This document shows, piece by piece, positions 1 to 8,078 of a DNA stretch of 54,348 nt. Position 1 is the first letter of the stretch. Each line of letters begins with the position of its first letter. Both the position numbers and the translations under genes were made by a program. The stretch is from Candidatus Parcubacteria bacterium (GTDB taxonomy: Bacteria > Patescibacteriota > Patescibacteriia > Magasanikbacterales > UBA922): NCBI GenBank assembly GCA_018646705.1, contig JABGUG010000011.1:1-54348 (forward strand), read 5' to 3'. The notes under the pieces were generated by a model. The model worked only from the letters and a program-made list of their open reading frames with translations, was not told the DNA's origin and made no database searches.

Positions 1-2
1 GG

Positions 3-189
3 GGGTGTGGGTAACGGGCGAGGATTTGAACCTCCGAAGGCGGTTTATCGCCAGAGTCAGACAGTGTGCAGTCTCTTCTTCTAAAACATAGTTCTTGCCT
101 GTTGAGACTCAACTGCGTCATCTGACGGCCGACCAAGACTCCGGTTAAGGAGCCCCCCTTTCCTAACTCGGGCACCGTAGTCCCACACC
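3..189 (-). ncRNA. tRNA-like RNA (tRNA-Tyr-like scaffold) with large insertions in the anticodon region; 3' end at window edge
   Basis: Minus strand reads GGTGTGGGACTACGG-TG-CCCGAGTTAGGAAAGGG (class II D arm) ... GTCAGA/TCTGAC stem ... GGCG-ATAAAC-CGCC variable arm, GGAGG-TTCAAAT-CCTCG T arm, CCGTTACCCACACC. The ends pair. No 7-nt anticodon loop. Confidence 0.6.
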
Positions 190-278
190 AGCCCTAGTAC
201 TATATTAATGTTAACATCATAAACATTTTGAATTAATAGATAAGTAGAAAGTTTATAAAGACTTTATAAAATAACGTT

Positions 279-1004
279 ATGAAATCACTTATAAAAATAA
301 AAAATCTTAAAAAACAATTTGAAAATGAAGAGGTCGTTACCAAAGTTCTTCATGGAATTGACCTTAATATTGATCAGGGTGAGTTTGTGGCTGTCATGGG
401 TCCGTCTGGATCTGGAAAATCAACCCTAATGAATATATTAGGTTTTTTGGATAAATTAAGTACAGGAACTTATCATTTTGAAGATCAAGATGTTAGTCAA
501 TTAGAAGACGATGAATTAGCAGAAATGAGAAGTAAAAAAATAGGTTTTGTTTTTCAGTCTTTCAATCTTTTGAATCGATCTACTACACTTGAAAATGTAA
601 TGTTGCCACTTTTGTATACAGATATGCCCAAAAAAGAAAGAATAGAAAGGGCAACAGAATTATTAATAAAAGTTGGGTTAGAACACAGGCTAGGCTATAC
701 GCCAAACAAATTATCTGGTGGTGAAAAACAACGAGTAGCTATTGCTCGTGCTTTGGTAAATAAGCCAGATGTTGTATTTGCTGATGAACCTACGGGAAAT
801 CTTGATTCCAAATCTGGTTTACAGGTTATGAAAATTTTGCAAGATTTAAATGAGGATGGTAATACAATTATTTTGGTTACTCATGAAAGATATACTGCCG
901 AACATTCCAAAAGAATTGTGAAAGTAAAGGACGGTTTAATTGTAGAGGATCATCGTGTAGAAAAACGTCAATGGGCAAAAGAGAATGGAGAATTAACGAA
1001 ATAA
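279..1004 (+). CDS. ABC transporter ATP-binding protein (LolD/MacB type)
   Basis: Walker A GPSGSGKST, signature LSGGEKQR, Walker B VFADEPTGNLD. Confidence 0.95.
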   Translation: MKSLIKIKNLKKQFENEEVVTKVLHGIDLNIDQGEFVAVMGPSGSGKSTLMNILGFLDKLSTGTYHFEDQDVSQLEDDELAEMRSKKIGFVFQSFNLLNRSTTLENVMLPLLYTDMPKKERIERATELLIKVGLEHRLGYTPNKLSGGEKQRVAIARALVNKPDVVFADEPTGNLDSKSGLQVMKILQDLNEDGNTIILVTHERYTAEHSKRIVKVKDGLIVEDHRVEKRQWAKENGELTK

Positions 1005-1020
1005 GTTTACAAACTATTTT

Positions 1021-2259
1021 ATGAATTTTGTTGAAAGTATTACTGGTTCATGGAAAATAATCACTCGTAGTAAAGTGCGGTCGTTTTTGACTATGCTTGG
1101 AATTATTATTGGTGTCATGGCGGTTATTATTGTAATGTCAGTTGGGGCTGGCGCACAGAGTCTTATTCTCAATCAAATAAAAAGTGTTGGATCTAATATT
1201 GTAGGTGTTATGCCTGGGGCAGCAGAAGAAGATGGTCCGCCTGCATCAGTCATGGGTATTGTGATTACTACACTTACATATGAAGATGGAAAAGAAATTG
1301 AAAAAAAAGGGTGTGATTGTATAGAAGCGTTAGCAATGTATGTGAGTGGTAATGAGACGATTACTTTGGAAGACACGACTGTTAATACGACGTTTACTGG
1401 TGCTACAGCAAGCTATCTAGATGTGGAAGACACAAATGTGGTAGAAGGTAGATTTTTTAGTGAAGATGAAGAGAAAGGCGTTGCACGCGTTGTAGTGCTC
1501 GGTGATGAAGTGAAAGAAAAATTATTTGGTGATCAAAATGCTGTTGGGCGAAAAATTAGAATTAAAAAAGTAAACTTTACAGTCATCGGTGTGATGAAAA
1601 AGAGGGGTATAAGTGGTTTTCAAAATCAAGATGATCAAGTGTTTGTGCCAATTAGTACTGTTCAAAAATTACTTTTGGGGATAGATCATGTGAGTATGGT
1701 GAGGGCAAAAGTAGACACTGGAGAAAATGTAGAAAAGGCAATGGAGAGTATGAGAAGTATTTTGCGAGATCGACACGATTTGGATTCTGATGAAAAAGAT
1801 GATTTTGTGGTTAGATCTATGGCCCAAGGTTTGGAGGCCCTATCAACCGTTACTAATGCTCTTAAATTTTTCTTAGTCGCTATTTCTGCTATCGCACTTG
1901 TTGTTGGTGGTTTTGGTATTATGAATATCATGTTGGCAACTGTTCAAGAGCGTACTCGTGAGATTGGTCTGCGAAAAGCAGTTGGTGCTAAGTCACGTGA
2001 TATCACTTTACAATTTTTAGTAGAATCTGTTGTTATTACTTTTGTGGGAGGAGTACTTGGTATTTTATTTGGTGTTTTGATTTCTGTGTTAGTTGCGTAT
2101 GTCGCTCAGAAAATGGGATATAAGTGGGATCTTGTTATTACCGTATCATCTATTTTGCTTGGGTGTGGTGTGTCAATTGGTATAGGGCTTGTATTTGGAA
2201 TAATTCCTGCACGTCGTGCAAGTAAATTAAATGCAATTGAAGCATTACGTTACGAATAA
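1021..2259 (+). CDS. ABC transporter permease (MacB/FtsX-like)
   Basis: RSFLTMLGIIIGV N-terminal TM, large periplasmic domain, GIMNIMLATVQERTREIGLRKAVGA motif. Confidence 0.93.
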   Translation: MNFVESITGSWKIITRSKVRSFLTMLGIIIGVMAVIIVMSVGAGAQSLILNQIKSVGSNIVGVMPGAAEEDGPPASVMGIVITTLTYEDGKEIEKKGCDCIEALAMYVSGNETITLEDTTVNTTFTGATASYLDVEDTNVVEGRFFSEDEEKGVARVVVLGDEVKEKLFGDQNAVGRKIRIKKVNFTVIGVMKKRGISGFQNQDDQVFVPISTVQKLLLGIDHVSMVRAKVDTGENVEKAMESMRSILRDRHDLDSDEKDDFVVRSMAQGLEALSTVTNALKFFLVAISAIALVVGGFGIMNIMLATVQERTREIGLRKAVGAKSRDITLQFLVESVVITFVGGVLGILFGVLISVLVAYVAQKMGYKWDLVITVSSILLGCGVSIGIGLVFGIIPARRASKLNAIEALRYE

Positions 2260-2263
2260 TATT

Positions 2264-3505
2264 ATGTTATTAAAAGATACTATACAACTTGGATTTTCAA
2301 CTCTTATGCGTCAGAAATTACGTACGACTTTGACTACCATAGCCCTTGGTATTGGTATTGCGTCAGTTGTAATAATATTATCTGCTGGCAGAGGGCTTGA
2401 AGGTTTGATTGTTGGTGAGCTTGATATATATAATCCAAATGCACTTAATATTGAGGTCAGAATACCAGGTAAGGGTGAAACAGGAAGTGCTACAGGAATG
2501 GCAAGTGGTGTCACTATTACTACACTTAAAAATGCAGACACAGAAGAGATCGAAAAACATGAAAATATTGATTCAACTTATGATTATGTTACTGGCCAAG
2601 AAGTTCTTAAGTATGGTGGAGAAAACAAAACAGTAATATTATTTGGTTATGGAGCGAACGCGTCAAAAGTAGAAAAGATGTCTTTTGAAGAGGGAAGATT
2701 TTATGAAAAGTCAGAAGAAGATTCTCTTGCTCAAGTTTTAGTTATAGGATATGGAATCAAAGAAGAATTTTTTGGTGAAGATAGCGCAGTAGGAAAAAAT
2801 GTATATATACGCGGTAAATCTTATAAGGTCGTAGGAGTAATGGCTGAGCGTGGAGCTTCGTTTGGTTTTGATTATGATGATTTAGTATATATCCCTACAA
2901 AGACGTTGCAAAAGAGACTTCTTGGTACCGACTATGTGATGGGAATAATGGGTCGTGTAATAGACATGACAAAAATTGATCAGACAAAAGCTGATGTAGA
3001 GTATTTGCTTAGAGATAGGCATGATATTACAGATCCTGACAAGGATGATTTTCAAGTAACAACAATGGACGAAATACAAGATATGCTTGGTACAATTGTT
3101 GGTGGAATAACTTTACTTTTGGTTGCTCTTGTCTGTATTTCTCTCATTGTGGCTGGGGTAGGCATTACAAATATAATGTACGTAACAGTGGCTGAAAGAA
3201 CATTTGAAATTGGTTTAAGAAAATCTCTTGGTGCAAAAAATAAAGATATTTTGTGGCAGTTTCTGATAGAAGCAATGATGCTGACTTCAGCTGGTGGTGT
3301 GGTTGGGGTAATTTTGGGATTTTTTGTGTCATATGCAATATATTATGGTGCAGTGAGTTATGGGCTAGATTGGATTTTTTCTGTTCCTCTTTATTCTATA
3401 GTTTTAGCAATAAGTTTTTCTACATTTGTAGGGTTATTCTTTGGTATTTATCCAGCTAAGAAAGCTGCAAATTTGGATCCTATAGTAGCTCTTAGGAAGG
3501 AATAG
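2264..3505 (+). CDS. Second ABC transporter permease (MacB/FtsX-like)
   Basis: Paralog of the preceding gene, GITNIMYVTVAERTFEIGLRKSLGA motif. Start moved to ATG 2264, after the upstream stop. Confidence 0.92.
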   Translation: MLLKDTIQLGFSTLMRQKLRTTLTTIALGIGIASVVIILSAGRGLEGLIVGELDIYNPNALNIEVRIPGKGETGSATGMASGVTITTLKNADTEEIEKHENIDSTYDYVTGQEVLKYGGENKTVILFGYGANASKVEKMSFEEGRFYEKSEEDSLAQVLVIGYGIKEEFFGEDSAVGKNVYIRGKSYKVVGVMAERGASFGFDYDDLVYIPTKTLQKRLLGTDYVMGIMGRVIDMTKIDQTKADVEYLLRDRHDITDPDKDDFQVTTMDEIQDMLGTIVGGITLLLVALVCISLIVAGVGITNIMYVTVAERTFEIGLRKSLGAKNKDILWQFLIEAMMLTSAGGVVGVILGFFVSYAIYYGAVSYGLDWIFSVPLYSIVLAISFSTFVGLFFGIYPAKKAANLDPIVALRKE

Positions 3506-3515
3506 TGACTTATAT

Positions 3516-3544
3516 AAAAACACTGACCTTATAGGTCAGTTTTT
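3516..3544. terminator. Likely bidirectional intrinsic terminator
   Basis: ACTGACCT-TAT-AGGTCAGT stem (3522-3540) with an A-run before and a T-run after, between convergent units. Confidence 0.7.
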
Positions 3545-3566
3545 GTTTAAATATGAAATTAGGGGG

Positions 3567-3600
3567 CCTTGGTCGATACTGCGTAATGTATCGACCAAGG
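3567..3600 (-). other. 13-bp perfect hairpin 3' of the tRNA-like RNA
   Basis: CCTTGGTCGATAC (3567-3579) / GTATCGACCAAGG (3588-3600). Confidence 0.8.
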
Positions 3601-3605
3601 TGTCG

Positions 3606-3699
3606 TGGGCGGGCCTGGGAGGTATCGAACCTCCGGCCGCAGAAAATCCCCCAGGCAATAAAGGAAATTCCGCCGCTCTGCCAGCTGAGCTACAGGCCC
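3606..3699 (-). ncRNA. tRNA-like RNA with an elongated anticodon arm (25 nt in place of the 7-nt loop)
   Basis: GGGCCTG/CAGGCCC acceptor, TA, GCTC-AGCTGGCA-GAGC D arm, GCGGA/TCTGC stem, 4-nt variable loop, GGAGG-TTCGATA-CCTCC T arm, 3' GCCCA. Confidence 0.8.
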
Positions 3700-3972
3700 A
3701 CAAAAAAGACTCGAGAGGGTGTTCGTGCCGAAGCACGCAATCTACAACCTACTACTACTGAACTCGAGACGTACTTCGAAGTACAAAGTAGGTTTTCGAT
3801 ATCTGAAGGGTCCGCGAGGGGATGGGGCACCTTCATGAGAGCATATCCCTCAAGAGCCTTTGTTGCGTATCGCAGTAGTGGAATCGTGTCCTATCCGCCG
3901 TCTTTTCCTATATCACCGCAAGTAGTGTATGGATATGATTGGCGGTTATGTACACTCTACTACGAGACTATC
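3700..3972 (-). ncRNA. Candidate structured ncRNA (~270 nt) upstream of the tRNA-like element
   Basis: GC-rich with several stems (3965-3957/3878-3870; 3861-3847/3719-3705). C-UUCG-G hairpin at 3737-3724 on the minus strand. Own promoter. Confidence 0.55.
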
Positions 3973-3978
3973 GTGATG

Positions 3979-4007
3979 ATTAAACATTATTTTTGTAATA
4001 TTGTCAA
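3979..4007 (-). promoter_or_regulatory. sigma70-like promoter
   Basis: TTGACA (4007-4002), 17-nt spacer, TTTAAT (3984-3979; mismatch at the conserved -11 A). Confidence 0.55.
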
Positions 4008-4065
4008 TGGCACTTAGTCACAGTATGATTGCGCTATATAGGTAAATTTGATATTATATATCTAT

Positions 4066-4776
4066 ATGTTAGAAATTATTTGGAACGATTTTCTGTATAA
4101 GCCGTTGTTTAACGCGCTTATTTGGCTATATAATAATTGGGCTGACCAAAATCTTGGATGGGCTATTGTTTACCTGACCATTGGATTGCGTTTATTTCTT
4201 CTTCCATTTACTATCATTGGGGAAAAAAATAAAATAAAGAACATCGGTGTTATAGATGAGATGAAACGCATAGACAAGGAGTATCACAATGATGAGGTTC
4301 TCAAAAAAGAAGAATTACGAAAAGTCATTAAAAAACGTAAAATTAAACCTTGGACAACTATTGTTACACTTGGTGTTCAATTGCTCGTATTGGTATTGTT
4401 GTATCAGGTATTTATACAGGGGATTACTGGCGAGCGTATTTTGAAAGTGCTTTATGATGGTATAAATTTTCCAGGAAGCATCAATACTATGTTTTTTGGG
4501 TTTGATCTAGGGGCAACTCATGATATAGTGTGGTCAGGCGCAGTAGGATTATTCTTATTATTAGAAATATACCTTGATTATAAGGATAGAAAACCAACAA
4601 TATCTCAATCTGACCTATTTTATTTCATATTATTTCCATTGGCGTCCTTCCTTGTTCTATGGTGGCTTCCTATGGTAAAGTCAGTGTTCATCTTGACATC
4701 TTTGATATTTTCTGCTATAGTCCACCAGTTTATAAAACTATTATTTAAATCTGCGAAAGCAGTAAAAAAAGCTTAA
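4066..4776 (+). CDS. YidC/Oxa1 family membrane protein insertase (short form)
   Basis: LYKPLFNALIWLY...NLGWAIVYLTIGLRLFLLPF N-terminus, cytoplasmic helical hairpin, several TM segments. Confidence 0.8.
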   Translation: MLEIIWNDFLYKPLFNALIWLYNNWADQNLGWAIVYLTIGLRLFLLPFTIIGEKNKIKNIGVIDEMKRIDKEYHNDEVLKKEELRKVIKKRKIKPWTTIVTLGVQLLVLVLLYQVFIQGITGERILKVLYDGINFPGSINTMFFGFDLGATHDIVWSGAVGLFLLLEIYLDYKDRKPTISQSDLFYFILFPLASFLVLWWLPMVKSVFILTSLIFSAIVHQFIKLLFKSAKAVKKA

Positions 4777-4787
4777 CCTAGCACAAT

Positions 4788-5405
4788 ATGGCTGGAGATT
4801 CACTCGATAAACTCATGTATTCATTTGTCATGGAGGACGTCCTCAAGGGCTTATTTATATATGTTCCACCTGGATATGTGGCATGTGTATATGATCTTGG
4901 TCGTGGAGTTTTGAAAAAAGTATTGACCCCAGGTCTTCATTTCAAGATTCCTTTTTGGCAAAAAGCCAAATTATTCAATACTCAGACACTTGAGTATGGT
5001 ATTAGTCGTGATTTTAACCCAGAAAACCTAAAAGCAATGGGTGATGTGCCAATCGCTGCAGTTACGAAAGATAGCAAGCGTATTGCAGTAGAGGGAACAG
5101 TGCTTTTGCGTCTAGATATTCATCAGATCCCGCATATTTGGCAAACTATTGGTGAAGATTTCGTAGAAAAGATTATTCGTCCTACAATCCGTAGTCGAAT
5201 GAGAATGGTTGCAAGTAGGTTTGATCAAGAAGAGATTGTTGGTGCAAAGCGTGATTCTATGGAGACAGAGCTTAAAAATGAGTTAGAGCGTATATTTTAT
5301 CCACGTGGTATCTATATAGAAAATATTCTTCTTAGTGAGATTGGTAACGTTTCAGAGTTCAAGCGTGTAGCAAAGGTTCCAGAGGGAGAAGAGGAAAAGA
5401 CTTAA
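4788..5405 (+). CDS. SPFH/prohibitin (band 7) family protein
   Basis: VPPGYVACV...LTPGLHFKIPFWQK, TKD, IIRPTIRSRMR, GIYIENILL motifs. Confidence 0.85.
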   Translation: MAGDSLDKLMYSFVMEDVLKGLFIYVPPGYVACVYDLGRGVLKKVLTPGLHFKIPFWQKAKLFNTQTLEYGISRDFNPENLKAMGDVPIAAVTKDSKRIAVEGTVLLRLDIHQIPHIWQTIGEDFVEKIIRPTIRSRMRMVASRFDQEEIVGAKRDSMETELKNELERIFYPRGIYIENILLSEIGNVSEFKRVAKVPEGEEEKT

Positions 5406-5427
5406 GATTTAAGACATAAAACTTAAG

Positions 5428-5456
5428 ATCCACCATCTTGTATGGTGGGTTTTTTT
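5428..5456 (+). terminator. Intrinsic terminator
   Basis: ATCCACCAT-CTTGT-ATGGTGGGT followed by a T-run. Confidence 0.75.
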
Positions 5457-5467
5457 ATCCACAAACA

Positions 5468-5529
5468 TTATCATTTGACATGGTAGAGTGATAATGATAG
5501 AATTATCACTGTAATCATGAGAGTGACAA
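5468..5529 (+). promoter_or_regulatory. hrcA promoter with two variant CIRCE operators
   Basis: TTGACA (5475-5480)-17-TAGAAT (5498-5503) with extended TG. TTATCATTT-N9-GAGTGATAA (5468-5494) and TTATCACTG-N9-GAGTGACAA (5503-5529). Confidence 0.85.
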
Positions 5530-5530
5530 T

Positions 5531-6208
5531 ATGCTCGAAACGAGAAAAGAGAAAATTTTAGGTCTTATTGTAGACAGTTATACACAAAATGCAGAGCCTG
5601 TAGGCTCTAAATTTTTGGTAGAAGAATGTGGTCTAGAAGTGAGCGGAGCTACTGTACGAAATGAAATGCGAGATCTAGAAGAGCAGGGATATCTCACACA
5701 TCCTCATACATCATCTGGACGTATGCCGACAGAAATAGGGTATCAGTATTATGTCGAGCATATAATGAAACCAAAATCACTCCCAAAGAAAGTGCAGCAA
5801 GAATTAGAGTCTGCTTTGGATAGTGATAGAAAACAATATTTAAAAACAATTGCAAAGTATATTGCAGAAAAATCACAAAGCGCAGTTATTGTTGCATTTG
5901 ACGAAGATTCTCTGTATTACACAGGTATGAGTAATTTATTTTCTCAGCCAGAATTTCGTGATTATGCGTATACAGTAAGTGTCTCAACAATTTTTGATCA
6001 AGTTGAGGATAGAATTGAATCTGTTTTTGAACTATTGGATAAAGAAAATCCAAAAGTCTTAGTTGGGCAGAACAATCCGTTTGGTAATATGTGTGGTCTC
6101 GTTGGTGGAAGACTTGATGAAGGTGCTTTATTTGCAATACTTGGACCTCTTCGTATGGATTATGCGCAAGGTTCTTCATTTATAGATTATTTACAAAAAT
6201 CTTTATAA
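5531..6208 (+). CDS. hrcA: Heat-inducible transcription repressor HrcA (short form)
   Basis: EPVGSK, VSGATVRNEMRDLEEQGYLTHPHTSSGRMPT, ILGPLRMDY; precedes grpE/dnaK. Confidence 0.93.
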   Translation: MLETRKEKILGLIVDSYTQNAEPVGSKFLVEECGLEVSGATVRNEMRDLEEQGYLTHPHTSSGRMPTEIGYQYYVEHIMKPKSLPKKVQQELESALDSDRKQYLKTIAKYIAEKSQSAVIVAFDEDSLYYTGMSNLFSQPEFRDYAYTVSVSTIFDQVEDRIESVFELLDKENPKVLVGQNNPFGNMCGLVGGRLDEGALFAILGPLRMDYAQGSSFIDYLQKSL

Positions 6209-6213
6209 TACTT

Positions 6214-7155
6214 ATGTCAGATATAAATACATTTGATGAAGCACATCAAAAAAGACGAGCAGAAAAAGACCCAAGTGTAGTCACAGGAGTATTTATTTTC
6301 AACAAAGAAGGAAAAATATTATTTGTAAATGCACCAAAATGGAATGGTATGTTGGCTTTGCCTGGTGGCCATGTAGATGTTGGTGAGACATTGGAAGAAA
6401 ATGCAATACGTGAGATAAAAGAAGAGACAAATCTTGATGTCATAAATATTGAATTTGTGAGAATGATTGAGTTTATACATGACGAAAGATTTGTAAACGG
6501 AACAAGGCATTTAATATCATTTGGATACCGTGCAGATTTGGCTGATGAAAATCAAGAGATAATTTTGGACGGAGAAGGAACATCGTATGAATGGCTTACT
6601 CCAGAAGAGGTTTTTCAAGATGAACGTGTTGCAAAAGAAAACAGAGATGTAATGAAAGATTTTTTTATTAAAAAAGAAAAAAAGAAAATATTTTCAAAAA
6701 AATGTAAAGATTGTGATGATAATTTAAGAGAAGCGGAAGAATACAAATCTGGTTGGCAGCGTGCACAAGCAGATTATAAAAATTTACAAAAAGAAATTTT
6801 GGATCAGCGTGGAGAGTGGGCTCGTATGAGCGAACAAACTATTTTGGAAGAATTTATTCCTGTATATGATAATTTCAAAAAAGCATTTGCCATGGAACAT
6901 GGAGAAGAGAATAGTAAGTGGGAGAACTGGGCAAAAGGAGTTGAATATATTATGAAACAGTTTGGAAAGATTCTGGAAGATCACAGTGTCGTAGAAATTC
7001 GAACTGAAGGTGAAATGTTTAATCCAGAACTTCATGAAGCTGCAGGAGAAGAAGAAAGCGAAGAAGACGCTGGACGAATACTCCGTGAAGTAGATGGTGG
7101 ATATAAAATGAAAGATAAAGTTATCAAAGTGGCAAGAGTAATTGTTGCTAAATAA
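6214..7155 (+). CDS. grpE: Nudix hydrolase-GrpE nucleotide exchange factor fusion
   Basis: N-terminal Nudix box GGHVDVGETLEENAIREIKEETNL. C-terminal GrpE motifs WQRAQADYKN, FIPVYDNF, FNPELHEA, GYKMKDKVIKVARVIV. Confidence 0.88.
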   Translation: MSDINTFDEAHQKRRAEKDPSVVTGVFIFNKEGKILFVNAPKWNGMLALPGGHVDVGETLEENAIREIKEETNLDVINIEFVRMIEFIHDERFVNGTRHLISFGYRADLADENQEIILDGEGTSYEWLTPEEVFQDERVAKENRDVMKDFFIKKEKKKIFSKKCKDCDDNLREAEEYKSGWQRAQADYKNLQKEILDQRGEWARMSEQTILEEFIPVYDNFKKAFAMEHGEENSKWENWAKGVEYIMKQFGKILEDHSVVEIRTEGEMFNPELHEAAGEEESEEDAGRILREVDGGYKMKDKVIKVARVIVAK

Positions 7156-7269
7156 TTTGAAATTTACAATTAGAAATTTTAAAACAATTTACAATCATAT
7201 AATTTTAAATATTAAAACATTAAGACAATTAAAATTGTTTGTAAATTGAAAATTTTAAATTAAAAATTA
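7153..7269. repeat. Degenerate inverted AT-rich tandem-repeat array (AATTTAC/GTAAATT type)
   Basis: AATTTGAAATTTACAATTAGAAATTTTAAAACAATTT ... AAAATTGTTTGTAAATTGAAAATTTTAAATTAAAAATT. Confidence 0.6.
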
Positions 7270-7280
7270 ATCCAAAAAAT

Positions 7281-7718
7281 ATGTTACCAAAAATTTACGA
7301 TCCATTTACTGAAATGGAAAATATGATGAGAAATCTTCCTTCTATAAGGAATAATGCAATACAACAAAGAGGTTTCGTGCCTGCGGTTGACGTGTATGAG
7401 ACCAAGACTGATGTAATGGTCGAAACATCTCTTGCTGGTATTAATCCAAAAGATGTAGAAGTTAGCGTTGAAAAAAGTGTTTTGACTATACAAGGTGAAA
7501 GTAAGAAAGAACGTGAAGTGGAAGAAAAAAATTATTATTGCAAAGAAGTTCGTAGTGGTTCGTTTTATCGTCAGGTTGCGTTACCAGCGCAAGTGATAGA
7601 AGATGATGTAATTGCAGAGTTTGAGGATGGTGTTTTGAAAATCACTTGTCCAAAAGCTTCACCTACAGAAGTTAAGAAAGTTAGTGTGAAGGTTGTTAAA
7701 AAAGGGAATAAGAAGTAA
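7281..7718 (+). CDS. Hsp20/alpha-crystallin small heat-shock protein
   Basis: PAVDVYET, LAGINPKDVEV, GSFYRQVALP, AEFEDGVLKITCPK. Confidence 0.93.
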   Translation: MLPKIYDPFTEMENMMRNLPSIRNNAIQQRGFVPAVDVYETKTDVMVETSLAGINPKDVEVSVEKSVLTIQGESKKEREVEEKNYYCKEVRSGSFYRQVALPAQVIEDDVIAEFEDGVLKITCPKASPTEVKKVSVKVVKKGNKK

Positions 7719-7766
7719 GAAATAAGGAATAAGATATATAATTACTTAGCATAATAATAAAAACAT

Positions 7767-8042
7767 ATGGCATCAATGACATATCCAAACAATAATAGAA
7801 CTTTTATTCTCACTTGGGAAGGTATGAGTTTCAAAGGTAAAGAAATAGATCTTCTTATTGATGAAAATGGTGAGAAGAAAAAGATCGGATCTATTGTATC
7901 AAAAGAAGAACTAGATAATGGAAAAGAGTTTGACCACAATGGTTCAAAAATACATGTACAGTACAAAAAGGTTTTTGCTTTCATAAAAGAATTAAGTTTG
8001 GAAGTCGATGGAGTAAAGGTAAAAGGTCAATCATTACAATAA
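7767..8042 (+). CDS. Hypothetical protein
   Basis: 91-aa ORF fills the gap in the heat-shock operon with host-like composition. Confidence 0.65.
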   Translation: MASMTYPNNNRTFILTWEGMSFKGKEIDLLIDENGEKKKIGSIVSKEELDNGKEFDHNGSKIHVQYKKVFAFIKELSLEVDGVKVKGQSLQ

Positions 8043-8078
8043 AATAATCAATAAATAAATTTAATAACGAATATACAT

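Noticed and set aside
1-14. GGGTGTGG at the window start matching the cassette-internal motif
   Set aside because: Here it is one strand of the tRNA-like terminal stem, with no adjacent repeat arm or gene; probably coincidence.
3964-3973. GAGACTA resembling a group I intron P7 element
   Set aside because: No matching downstream S element or splice context, and it lies on the strand opposite the predicted RNA.
3553-4017. 154-aa plus-strand ORF and overlapping 66/72-aa ORFs
   Set aside because: No recognisable motifs. They overlap a clear minus-strand tRNA-like fold, and GC-rich sequence has fewer stops by chance.
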